From NCBI RefSeq assembly GCF_964204645.1, contig NC_134025.1, positions 13,516,001 through 13,580,000 on the forward strand: a stretch of DNA of 64,000 nt, read 5' to 3'. Source of the stretch: Tubulanus polymorphus (taxonomy: Eukaryota; Animalia; Nemertea). A program made the position numbers and the translations under genes. Position 1 is the first letter of the stretch. Every line of letters starts with the position of its first letter. Of this stretch, positions 51,415 to 64,000 are shown one piece after another. The notes below the pieces were generated by a model. That model had not been told where the DNA came from, did not search any database, and worked only from the letters and a program-made list of their open reading frames with translations.

Positions 51415-51735
51415 TAAGATTACTGCATTAATAAGCAGTCATTTTAGCAAATGATCTCTTTCTATTGAATTTCTAATTTTGCCTGTGGCCTATTGGATAG
51501 TGTGTTCACACGTTAATCGATCACTCGATAGCAAACAAGGCTTAAACAAAGCGAAGTGAGTAACTTCAGGAACCAGTTGCAATTCACACGCAATAATTTG
51601 ACCCATGCTCAAATTTGGCTCAGACATAGTACAACCTTTTTGGCATGGGCCCAAAATGCTTGTGTGATCGCAGCTACAAAAGTACAATAGCCTCTATACT
51701 GCAGAGAAAAAAAAAAGATCAACAGGTAAACCTAC

Positions 51736-51862
51736 GAGTAATTATATTCCTCCAGGCTGCAGGACACACAAAGCGGATGACTTCGAACAGTGGGCTACTC
51801 TCTTTGACCACACTCATCGAATGACTACATACAGTCGGCTACCCTGGGAAAACAGCCTCAGA
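51736..51862 (-). other. Candidate spliced exon with start codon (MSVVKESSPLFEVIRFVCPAAWRNIIT)
   Basis: Acceptor CCTTCTGTTTGTAG, ATG at 51817 and donor GTAGGT after 51736, in unique sequence. No recognised homology. Confidence 0.3.
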
Positions 51863-52548
51863 CTACAAACAGAAGGACATACAGTCCAAAAAAGTCCTAA
51901 AGTCTACACTAAGAAGACAGATGTGGTAATGAAAGCCAACCATAACACAGAAGCACGTCCAACATGCACCATTAACATGATTGTATAACATATACTTCAT
52001 TAAAAAATTCAAGCTGTACCACTGATAGTATGTACACTTACTATTACAACCATTATCTCAGTGTGAGATCCGACTCGACAGTCCACGGTTTACCGACAAA
52101 AACATTTTAGTCACTAGCCATTTGTAACATTAGTTTTATTATAGGATATCGTTATGGTATTTATCCATAGGTCTATCCAATAACAAAGCCCAGGTAGCTA
52201 ACTACGTCGATTTGACCTTTTTGACTAGAAAAATCCCAATTATGATTATTCTTGCCAAACGACAAACTTCGCTTGTACAGATCTTGCTGAATTATAAATC
52301 TATAAGTGGAAGGTGCACTGGATGGGCCGCCATATCTGGGAATGGTAAAAAGAGATGATCCGCTCTGCAATGTACATCTACAGTGAATCGCATTTATGAA
52401 GTGACGTTGCTGATGCAAATGTTTCCACAAGCAATTCACTGCTCTGCCAATAAACCTGCCCGATGATGAGTGTCTTGTGAAAAAAATTTGCCACCAAAAA
52501 TCAGTATTCAAATCAAAATGTTATTAGTTTTCAACGAAATTAAATAGA

Positions 52549-53070
52549 CAAATATAGCAGCAAAACAGCCATAACAGATTTTCTGACCAGTCATGCCGTC
52601 TAAAATTAAAGGAATTATAGAAAACATCAGGAATATATAAGAAATATTTTATTTGTGGGATTCAAGCTTGATGTGGCACCTTCAGAAATGAAAATAAATT
52701 GCCGGGGATTCGGACCAGACATAACCAGAGAAAATGAAAGAGTATGTACTGTAATACTGTAGGTATGCAGGAGTACGGTAGACCTGAAGGGACATGCCCA
52801 TTGCAAATCGCTGGTAATATATTTCTGCCGGTGTTTCATGTCTGGCAGTAAGTAATTCTAAGTTTGAAATAGGATAGACAGTACATACAAATAATCTGTA
52901 TATTCAGAGAGACCGTTATATTCCTATCTGAATTCACCATTTCGTTAAGATGCTTTTAGTTGTCGAATCTCATCGAAAATGAGTTTTTTGTACGAAAAAA
53001 AAAAAACGGAAAACATATAATAACAATCAACAGACAAGAGGGTTTTCGCCGAAAGTCAGAAAACCCTTAA
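52549..53070 (-). mobile_element. Short HINE of the family E type
   Basis: AAATATAGCAGCAAAACAGCCATAACAGATTTTCTGAC ... AAGAGGGTTTTCGCCGAAAGTCAGAAAACCCT. Confidence 0.65.
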
Positions 53071-55448
53071 CTCTTGCATGAATTTTATTCACCCAGTCAT
53101 GGTAAATGACTGGTTTCGCGGCGCTTCCCATGAGAGCTCACAGGGAACAACATACATACCACTGACTGGCAGTCACAGGTTTCAATGAAATATTCGTCAA
53201 ATTTCAAAAGTTACTTGTATCTCTCCTCAGAAATCAGTTAGTTGATGACAATATAGTTTTCACTAATGGAAATGTCTGTAATAAAGGGATTACTTTTTTG
53301 ATCTGACGTGTAGCCTAATGATGCTAACTATCGGTAAAAATCCGTATTACTCATATGCGGTCTCTAATTGGCTGAAAGTTGCACTCAGCTCCGTTGCATC
53401 ATAGCCAAGCTCAGGTCACTATGAATTGAAAGCAACACTGTCGGCCTATAGTTACAGAGGAGGGGCAACAAGCTAGATGCAGCTGGTGCCGATTCGGTAA
53501 GCGTTGGGTTGCGTAGCTTATGTCAGGTGGATATGAAGACAACTGGCAGCCAGTTACGTCAATATCTGTTGTGTCAGGGCCTGACACAAGCCAGCCTGTA
53601 AGTTACATTTTGATACTAAATGCTTATGCATACAGTTGATGATCTGATGATGTCATCAAGTGAGTGAAGGCATAATTTCTCTTTAGGCAAGTTAAAAAAC
53701 ATACAACAACTATATTATCCAAAAGATCTGTAATTGTCAAACGTTAAAATTCCTGATAACTGATTACTGAAAATGGGAATATCAAGTAGTTAATCAGTAT
53801 CAGTCTCCATGATGCACTTGCTAAGCTGATGCCATCAACAAGTCTGCATGGAACAACCCTTTGTTTACATAGTCATAAGTTTTTAGCAGTTTCATTGTGC
53901 CTGGTATTATAGCTGGTCCTTAGTTTTTCAGTACTAGTAGTTGAGCATTATTCTATCACACACATTGATTCAAAAGTTGATGCTTATTTCTTATATGTGA
54001 CTGAATAAATATGTGGTCAAGGTTAAATTCTCAAAATGACTGCAATATTCATGTTTCCTTTCATACAATGAAAGTATTTAAGTAGATATTTACTCGAAAG
54101 AGATCGTGTGTATGATATGGGTATGGATATTTCTAGCAATGCGTGTCATCAGAGAGAACTATGGGCATGATTGCAAATAATTGAAGCATGATGACTCTAA
54201 CATCAAGCTGAAGACGTCTTACTGATCTAAAAGCTTTTTCCTCTTGTAGCGAAAAGTGTAACAGTTAACCAAAAAGAGGAAACATTTGTCTGTGAACTTA
54301 TCTCATTCGCCGTGCATAACACTCTCTATCAAAACTGGTCAATGCGCATTGTGAATATCAAAACACGTCTTATTTGATATCAGCTACAAGATTTACCTAA
54401 ATCTCATATCCAAAGTTATTACATTAGCCGCAATCACATGAATGTTTAACCTGGGCCAAATTTGGCCTATGTCAAAATGGTCTCACCAATGCCAAGTAGG
54501 ACTGCGCCTTGACATGAGCGATGTCATACCAGGTCAGTGCTGATGCTTACCAGTTCTGGAGGCGACTCATTTGTCACACAGCATGGTCTTGATGGCATTT
54601 TAGTAGTGAATGAGTGATATATTTGTGAATGCACTCTCTAATTAGGCATGCGCCAAATTTGACTTGGTCTATCGTACTCCAGGCCAGTTTGACCAAGGCC
54701 AAATTGTGGCTATTATTTCATTATCCAAGTTAATATCCGAGACAATTTTCTGATATTTGTTAGGAGTGGAGGCCTTAACAGAACAGGATTGAGTATTGGA
54801 TCTGGCATCGATCCGTGCATGGAAAATGTACATATAGGCCACTGAGGATCCATAAATCAGTTTGAATTGGATGGCTGAAATCGGTGGGTACCACAGTGGT
54901 CAGAATTTAATCTGCTTACGTGTCGAGGATCTATATAATCCTATAAGTGGGTCTCATATGATGTTCACACAATTATCAATGCTCCAATGAATTTCAAATT
55001 AGATCATCCTTATAGGAAATAAACACCACCGGTCTAGACAAAATCGATACCGAATACCAGGAATTTAATGACACTATCTCCAATGACACTATCTCCAAAT
55101 TGTGATTATTGCTGCAGGGACATATCCGATGACATAAATATGCTACCTGAACAGCCAACACCATTAACTGGCTTAAGTGGAATCAAAATTAGGCTTATTA
55201 TAAGCTTTCACTGCATATCAGATGACAGGTTTGAGATGACAGAAGCGCAACAGGAATCGAGGAACTTTAATGATGTGAGTTTAGCTCAAAATGAGAATTG
55301 TAATTTAATGTTATCAATAAAAATCTATAGCTCCGGAGATTGATGCACAAGATGAAATGGTTCCAAATATCATTCAGGAATCATTCGAAGTACCAGCCTC
55401 TTTGAAGTAGACAAAATACTTCTTCTAAGCTTTGGGTATAAACCTGTT

Positions 55449-55706
55449 CAATGCAATGCAATTATCTTGACTTAGATAATACAAAGGGGTTACGAGTCCA
55501 TAGACTGATGAAGTTTTTTTTAACACCCTCAACCTGCTAAGCGCCACGCAGGGCATTATAAGCGGGTCGATGTTTCTTTTTCCCAATGGTAAGAGACCAG
55601 AGAAGAACATTATAATAAGAAACTCTGTTGCCACCAGGGTTTGAACCAATAAACCCTGGATTGATGAGACCAGTGCCAGCGGCTTAAACCACTCGGCCAC
55701 TGCGCC
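55449..55706 (-). mobile_element. tRNA-derived SINE
   Basis: Minus-strand head GGCGCAGTGGCCGAGTGGTTTAAG (A box) and GGTTCAAACCC (B box), no complete cloverleaf, and an (ATTGC)n-like tail. Confidence 0.75.
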
Positions 55707-55769
55707 TCTCAATGAAGTAAGCAGAACTATTAATGATTTTTCAAAGATTTAACTCAAGACAAGTTATAA

Positions 55770-57450
55770 TGAACAACCCCAAGGGGCACTTCAGCTAGTT
55801 TGTAGTATTCACTTTCCATGAAATGATGCAATTTGTTGGTTATAAAATATACCTGCCACTTCAAAATAATTTACACAGTACAGTCGTGTAACACAGGAAG
55901 GCAGATGGCAGAAACAAATAATTCATATCAATTTCTTTTACCATCATCTGATTGATCTGAATAGGGAATGAAATAAAATTGGATTTGATGTCTTTGTTGA
56001 ATAAGATTCAAAGTTAAATGAAATAAAATTGAATTGAAATATGTTTTGCGCCAAATGAAATTTGATACAATTTGCAATTCAAGTGTGATGCTAATAAACA
56101 TTTCAAGGTCATCCATGCCTGGCAATATTTAAGAAAAGCTATTTTCCCCAACCCTTAAACGATTGAAGTCCTCCCAAGAATAAAATCAACTAAAGATTCC
56201 TCAGGCATTGAACTCATAACACAAATCATAAATAATTCTAATCATAAAATGACAGCTGGAAAAAAATAGTAGACAATAACATGCCTATACACGTGAACAC
56301 TGCTAACAGCAGCTAAAGGCTTTTTGAAACTAATGTTTTTGCATTTAGATTGTAGTTTTTATTTGAGTGAAATTTAAGTTATGTATGTGGAAAGACTACC
56401 GATTCAATACCGGCATTTAGAAATTCCATCAATGTCAATACCCATAGGAAATGTAATTTTCTGTGAACTCACACTCAATGATCACATGCAAAAAGCTTGA
56501 TTTATTGCTGCTAATAAGATCATTGAAAAATCTGATTGCTTATTTTGTTCTGTATCAGCAGTGATCTGTGGATGCTTCAGGTTTCCCTGATTAGTTCACT
56601 CAAGAGCTCAGACTCTATCTCTCTGGTGCACGCATACGCCTGTAAATTTCTATGATGAGAATGAATTCATCAAAGCATTTACACGCGATATTTTAAAACT
56701 TCAAACTACCACACAAATCTGAAGCAAATAAACGTGGCACACAAGCTCAGATTGCGCTCACAGGAAATGAACAAGAGCTCAGGGGGCACTATGACCAGCC
56801 TGTCAGCTTTTCATAAAATGGCAAATGATGCATTCTGTGGGTTAAATTTGTCCTACACTCCCAGCTCATAGACAAGTCAATCCCAGGCTAATAATTTACA
56901 CAATTCAATCGTGTTTTCATAAGTAGCACAGTCACAGACAGCAACTGGAGCTGGCAGGAACAAATACCTCAGATAAATCTTTTCCCTTAGTCTTATTGAT
57001 TTGAATGCGGAATAGAATTAAATTTTCTGAAATTTGCCCAATAAAACAAAATTGAATTGGATTTGCTGTTTTACCTTGTTCAATAAAATAAAATTGAATT
57101 GGATTTGATATTTTTTTGCAATAAAATTTGATTGAATTTGCAGTTTGAGCACAAGGCTAATTAGCATATCAAGGTCATCCATATGATTTGAGAAAAAGCT
57201 ATTTTTCCCGCACAATTGTCAATGATATTTTCTGTAGTGCAAATAAAAATATTCCTCCCAAAAACCAAATCAACTTAAGATTTCACAGAAATCGATATTG
57301 AAATACAATTTTAGATCTTAAAATAAAACCCGGAAGTAAAACGGTAGACAATACCGCCGGTTCACGTGAACTTCTGCTGATTCCTGCGGCTAAGCCAATC
57401 ATAGAGGAGTCTTTGCTTTCTGCTTGGCTTTTTAAAACAGATATTTTTGC
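55770..57450. repeat. Two diverged direct copies (~55770-56340 and ~56770-57450) of an old HINE-like element
   Basis: Shared blocks GGGGCACT, TAATTTACACA, AAATTGAATTG, TCAAGGTCATCCAT, AGAAAAGCTATTTT, GTAGACAATA and CACGTGAAC occur in the same order. Confidence 0.65.
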
Positions 57451-57856
57451 GATCAGATTTTCGCGAAAAAGCTCATATAAATTTTAACGAGGCCCTCTTT
57501 CAAAATTCAGCTTCATAGGGATTGGAGAATGGATAATGCTCTAATGAATGATTTGTATGAATATATGCTCAGTTGCACAGTCAAAGAGCCTTTACTCTGG
57601 AAACCATGTCATTTAAATTAGCTCCATTTGTATAGTAATAGGCTCAGCCTACGGCTGGCCTAAAAATGTGTATGTCAAGATCTTCAGTTGAGGCTACTAA
57701 ATCTGCTCATCTCTTGAAGAGAATTTGAACAGAATCAATTTTATATTTGTCTTAACCAGTTTTAGAACAAAAACAAAGCACTATTAGTGATGCCTTTCAT
57801 GCCTCAAAACACCAAACATTACTCGAAAAAAAAGTGTAATAGTCACAATACAACCA

Positions 57857-59029
57857 AACAAGAAAATTAATTTAAAAAAATTATTTGTCGCCTGCGAAAA
57901 AAATGTAGAATTTCTGGGATAAGCTAATGTGGAATTGCAAATTTGAAATCGAAGTTTTAATTTGGGGAATGATGAGATTTGGCGATTGGGCAGATGATAC
58001 AGGTCTTCGACTCTAGTAGTGGTTTAATTTTTGTTTATTGAAAATTCTATAATTGATCGCAAACTTGCAACCGACTTCATTTACTGATGCCTCTAAGCTT
58101 GTCTGCAACTTCATTGCCTCCTTGATGTCTACTTCATCATGACTTCGAGCATATCGTGTGGCCTAGCCAGCCGACCCGGTCCCCGGGCCCGGGCCCGGGC
58201 CACGGGTCTGGCTGTCACTCGATATCCTAGAGTCTTGAGTCTGGGTTGAAGTAGACATTGTCATTTAAAATAACATGTTTATGTTGTTCTGTATGAATTA
58301 CCCGTGTGTCATGTATGTTGTATTTTCTTATTTTAAAATTTGTATTTATTGAATTTGGGAATTTTATCCCGGAATTTCAATGTTATAAGGATCAATAAAG
58401 AATTGAATTGAATTGTCACCTAATACACATGCCATCAGAGGACGCGGAGCCGTATATGACAGCTATGCTATTATAAATCGCTAATCTCACAAAACCTGCA
58501 TACTCCTAATATCGAACATATTTTCTAAAACATTTGAATATTGAAATTATATGTTTACACATTTTCATATTGACCGCTTGTAGCCGCTGATGAAATTCAC
58601 GCCGGCCCTATACACATCGTAGATAGCTTCATCATTCCACCAGCATCCCCACGTCAGGGTCTGACTTTTATATCAGACTTCCGCATCGTGTATACATCCG
58701 CCATTTAACCGAATAATCCGATTTACTTATCATTTCGATTTATGCCTGCCGCTTCTGATATAATCATACATCCTTTACTATTACAAGACGTCTTCAAATG
58801 ATATTCAATGCAATATAACATTTCGACACATTCAAATATAGGTCATTATATAATCACAGGAAGCCATTCTACATCTATATCAATAATATTTTGCCAAATA
58901 GCTTGTTTGTGTACACATAGACCTGTGACGTTTTGCACATCGATTTACGGGTGTTGTTTGTAAAATGACGCTGAATGGTTAACATTGTTTAGGTTTCATA
59001 ATGGTAACGTTTTATAAGGCGTCAAAAAA
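57857..59029 (-). mobile_element. HINE family C, complete copy
   Basis: Near-identical to 20657-21854 with the same termini. Confidence 0.85.
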
Positions 59030-61240
59030 GATGGAACTTCTCAGGTGTGTTGACATTATCAAACATTCCCCCATGTGGAGTCCCAGCTGGCCATGTATCA
59101 ACAGGATCAAGAAGTACCAGAAAAATACACCAGTATATTATTGAAATACATGTCATTTACAAACACTGCAATGCAGCTGAAATAGCTATCACAATTAGTA
59201 AGGGAGGTTTTACCTTGGCAACTTAACCTCAAGAATTAATTGAGTTAACCAGCAGGTAAGAGCTCACTGATCTATAAAACTGGGCCCTTGAAGACCACAA
59301 GAACAGACATGGCAATAGTAATAATTTGAGTCCATTGTGTTTAAAAAGCCTACATCATCACATAAATGCAAAATCTAAATGCAAATGCTAAATGTAACAT
59401 GAAGCAGCTCTCAACTTATCTGGTGGCAACTGCAAAATAATGCTTGCGTTGGTTTACAGGCATATTTTGAATGGCATCTGCAACAGCAAAATCTTATGTT
59501 ACCGAAAGAATTCTTTTTATATAAGGAAACAAACAACTAACTGAATTAAAGAGGTAGAATTTCATAAATATGTGGCCGCAAAGCAGCGATAATAGGTTTT
59601 CTGCCTGACAACATCGTACAAACTAAAGGTAATTATTGAAATGAAAAAGATTGTTTATAGTCGAACCTGATTTGCACAACTACGTTAACATAATGTGTCA
59701 CAATGTGACCCTTAGAATTAATTTTGAAATCACAGGTTTCGAACAGGCACTATATACTCACTGAAATTTAATTTGAATTGACGAGTATCAACTTACTTGC
59801 GCACTCCATTAAGGTCTATAGAAAAATATTAAAAATTAAATCTTTAGGTGTCAAGGTGTAGTTTGTATTTTGAAATTGTCAAGATCGGTGTCCAATAATA
59901 GATATTTAGCTTCAACATTTTTAGCACTAACCTACACATGATAAAATATCAACAATAAAATAATAGCAAAATCTTGTTGGCCCAGTTACAAGCTATTTTA
60001 TCTACGCGTGTCAAAACGCGATCTGAACGCTCACCAAAATTTGGCCCGGTCTAAATTTGGAGCATGTACGGACCCATTTAGACCGGTCTAACTAGTTGTC
60101 GTGTGAACGCGGCTAGTTGTTTCAGGTAAAAAGGGTTAGTGTGATCCCAGTTTATCAATGACACTATGCAATGAGGTATGCAATGAGGTCCAATGAAAAA
60201 TTGCATACGTTTAGCCTGGTGTATTAACCAATTTGTTCAGCAAGTAACGGAATATTCAAATATGGAGGGCTGCCTCCTGTCATCCTATCTAAATTGTTTT
60301 ATCAATTTCCATTAAAGAAAAGTACAGTAGTTTCAGTAGCTTCTAAATACAGAAGAATCTGCCCAAAGCGGTACAGTTGATCAAAATATCATCTTTCTAT
60401 CGAATTATGTGGTTACCAGTTTGCGCGTTAAAAGTTTGTTTTTGCGCGGTAATATTTGTTTTTGCGACGTAAAACAAATATTTGAAAACGAAATAATCCG
60501 TTTTTGAACTTTTAGCGCGCAAAAACGGATTATTTTGTTTTTGCACGTAATATTTGTTTTTGCGCGTTTTCGTGGAGGACAAAAAAAAATTTTTTTACAT
60601 GTCCCGAATCAGCCACCATACATTCCTAATTTCTTTGTATTTAATACGATCAGATCATGTTTGCTTCTTTACACAATATACCAGACATAAGTTTTTCAAT
60701 AGACTGGACATTTCATGTTTCTTTTCCTCCGTTTTGCTTCACAATCGTGATGCACTATAAAAACTATGGCCAATTCTAGGTCATGATTTTGTAGTAGTAG
60801 TAACATGGGGCCTAATATGAATCGTCAACAAAGATAGGAAATCAATAGTATTGTATAAATACAGTATTGCAAATGAAGAGCGGTTACAGTTTAGGTGCAG
60901 AATGAACGGTTATGAAGTCAATAAGACAGATTACTGAATGGAGCGATACGGGAATAGGCGATATTCATGTATCGAAAAACCATAGCAAACGGAAATCTTT
61001 TTTTCATTTTACTGAGTTGAACCGGATAGACCGATACTGGTTTAGACGGAGACTACAGTACTAAGTTAACCAAAATATCATCAGGTTGATCTAAGCAACT
61101 TTACTCAAAATAGCATCATTTCCACGACAAAGACACCTCCTGGCGACGAAGCAGGGGTTTGATTTTGAAATCAGTCAAGCACAAATGATGAGTGATGAGA
61201 TGGATGGTTGGTCGAATTTACAAAATTCTTGTTTGAATGG

Positions 61241-61714
61241 AGGGTGTTTGAATTTCACTGAATCACTGCATCACTGAAGTCCTGAATTTTATGTTAATTA
61301 TAATCATTTTTTATTTCACAGATTTTTTCAAATAATTGTAAAATAAACAATGTATAATGAATGATAAACCACATTGATTCAATTGAATTTTCGGTAAGCG
61401 GCCCTGCTAGGACCAACAAATGTTAGTTTACTTTTATTACATCCAGCAGTCAACAATTTCATTTCAATCGTTGCCCCACATTTCAATCATCACGATGTCC
61501 GTTACCGTAGTCCAACTGAATTTTTACCGGATATATGTAACAACATTTATCGTTGAATCGATCAAATAATAAATTTTCTTTGGAATATGTAAAATTTACA
61601 TGGATTCAGCATATCTAGAAATAAATTTAATGATTCAGTGAAATTAATATGATAATCAGGGTTTCAGCAATTCAGCGATTCAGTGATTCAGCTTCATAAG
61701 TTTGAACACCCCTG
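61241..61714. mobile_element. CAGGGG-type MITE with subterminal CACTGAAT repeats
   Basis: AATGG|AGGGTGTTTGAATTT ... AAGTTTGAACACCCCTG|AATGG. Confidence 0.65.
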
Positions 61715-61812
61715 AATGGAAGCATTACTTGAAAATTTCAACAAAATAATCATCCATCCAGTCCGAACCGGTAAGTTATTCAGTGGTTTATTTTCAGCTA
61801 TAGGACACCTAA

Positions 61813-62324
61813 AGGGGGGCTCAGATCGACCTTACGACACGACTCAACTGGTCACCGACTGGTTTTCTGGCGACTACCGCTGATCGTCGCACGATTTCCG
61901 TCGCCGATTCTAGTCTATCTGAGTCTAGCTACGACTGTCGTGCGACAGTTTTTCACGATCGGCGACTGAATCGCAGGAGTTGAATATGTTCTACTTCTAC
62001 GATTCGACGAACCAGTCGCCGACTCGTCGTCGTCGATGTGCGTGTTTCTGCGATGAGTTGCCGACTCCACTTCAGCCAATCAGAGTGGCGGATCAAAAAT
62101 TAACATGGCGACCTCATGGACCGCCAAATATGAAGGAAAGCTCATTGTTATTGTGGGAAGAGAAACAATAGCCTGCTGCTGCCTTTCCACGACATTTTTG
62201 CATGTTGATAAAAACCTTTGATGAATAACCTGAAATTATGTTATTATCACTGAACTCGATCTGAGTACATCTACAATAGTCGCCGACAGTTGAGTCGCGT
62301 CGTAAGGTCGATCTGAGCCCGGCT
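61813..62324 (+). mobile_element. Harbinger-like MITE family D with MADF-like remnant
   Basis: ~35-bp TIR GGGCTCAGATCGACCTTACGAC(A/G)CGACTCAACTG with TAA/TAG flanks. From 62105 it reads MATSWTAKYEGKLI, then after a frameshift LLWEEK. Confidence 0.8.
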
Positions 62325-62367
62325 TAGAAAGCAGTCCGTGACTTTAAACAGAACCTATTTAACCTAA

Positions 62368-62545
62368 AGGCTGGCTTATGTCAACCTGCGACTCAAAATG
62401 ACTGGGTTTACCAGCGATTAGCAGCAACTTGCGACCTATGATAGGCCACCAGTTGCCGTTATTATCTGTTCAACGAAAGCCAGCTTACGTTGGCAACCCG
62501 ACACCTACCAACTCATCGCAAGCCGTATGTGGCTAGTTACCTGGC
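62368..62545 (+). mobile_element. Diverged left end of Harbinger family A
   Basis: TAA|AGGCTGGCTTATGTCAAC...ACTGGGTTTA...GGCAACCCGA. Confidence 0.7.
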
Positions 62546-64000
62546 TAGTAAGCGTCATTAGTATCCAGGAAGAAAGACACTCTTAATATTTGGATGGATA
62601 TATGAAAGTTGTGGGTACTGGAGTGTGTAATGGGTAGTGTAGTGTGATCTGTGTGCATTTGTGGCCAGCACACAGATCACATTGTTCAATAGGGTTTGGT
62701 CCAGGACTAGCGAGATTTTCAACAACACGGAAGTAACGTGTAATAAATGATGACTTGAATTGCATGACTACCTACCACCCCTCATTATTGTTGGAAAACT
62801 AAACGTTCGGCACTGACTAAAAATTAGTAATAACATTTTAGAAATGGCCAGAATTTTAACTTAGGTTCTATCTCATTTTTATTTTACAATTGCGATTGGT
62901 ATAATTTTTTCTTAAACGGCCGTTAAGGCTTCATGTTTCGTCTGTAATTCACTGCAAATAGTTAGGCAACTATGCACATTTCAGTGTTTTTGGCAGCTGT
63001 ACACTGCGGAATTATCATTAATTAACATCGCCATATCACATCATCAACTTATATTGTGCCTTAAAACCCTAACAGCCGAAATAATTGAAATGCACACACG
63101 ATTTCTATCATTGAAAATTGAGAGTGGCCATGTTTGTGTTTGCTGCTTCGCGTAAATCCCGCGCGGTGGCGCAACCGCGCGGAGTGGGGCCGATACGTCT
63201 AGTCATAGCAACGAACCAGTCGTCATTCGGCCTTTGAATCCAAATAATTTCAAAGTCAATGTCACCAGTTAGGGCTAAGCGAGTAGAGGAAGGCCAGTTG
63301 AAATACATGCAGTTGCAACGTCAAACTATGAGAGCAGAAAAAAAGTTTGTACGAGTGTAACAGCAGAATAGTATGCACTATGTAAATTACTAAGTAACAT
63401 TAACAGAAGAGATCAAAATATGCAAAGCAGTGATAATGAGTTTTCTGCGTTGCATGTTTAAATGCTGTACTAAGAAGCATACAAATATTTTGTCGAATTC
63501 GCTCCTATCATTTCATAACTGATGGCTATTTTGAAGGAGCACCGCCTACGAGTCAACACATATACTAGGTATGTTCATCCATATGGGCTACTACTTACAA
63601 ATAAGGCTATGGATAAACCGAGTTTCATCAAAATAGCTAGAAGAGGAAAACAAAGTCATGGTGCTTTCAATAAACAGTCTGCCATCAGGTCGCCATCACG
63701 CTGGTTGGCATATTGCACATATTGTTTTGTGATTTACATAATAAAAGACTGAATTACACATGAAAAACCAATGCTGAAATAAGTTTTTCAAGATTTAAAC
63801 CCTCCAAGTGGTACGAGTAAGAACAAATTCTGTAGGGGTTCGTTGTTTTTTAATATCAGGTATATGTGTATCAATTTTCATACAAATGCCCTCAAATTCC
63901 TACAAATTCCCGTTTCGTAAAGAGAACCGTGAGTTATCTAAAAACATCAATAAAAGTGTCTAGTAAATTACTACTGAACACAACTGCAACCACTATTCTA

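Noticed and set aside
55620-55706. Functional tRNA gene
   Set aside because: A and B boxes are present but the acceptor and anticodon stems do not form, and it continues into a SINE-like body.

Overview
AT-rich eukaryotic DNA, most likely from an invertebrate animal (inferred from the repeat types). It is dominated by transposable elements, and no host protein-coding gene can be recognised with confidence. The only long coding region is a near full-length, mutation-disabled CR1-group (L2/Crack/Daphne-like) LINE at about 28.4-33.3 kb. The rest of the window holds at least five families of Helentron-associated non-autonomous elements (HINE/DINE-1-like), PIF/Harbinger MITEs (some with MADF/Myb coding remnants), and Kolobok-, piggyBac-, hAT-like and IS3EU-like TIR elements. 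There is also a tRNA-derived SINE, a Penelope-type minimal hammerhead ribozyme, and a 31-bp palindromic minisatellite with higher-order repeats. The most notable observations are a roughly 14-kb five-level transposon nest, a large HINE that appears to carry a captured CR1 RT fragment, and every HINE I could orient pointing the same way. Most short ORFs in the track are spurious. All comparisons were made by eye, so boundaries are approximate unless defined by a TIR or TSD.
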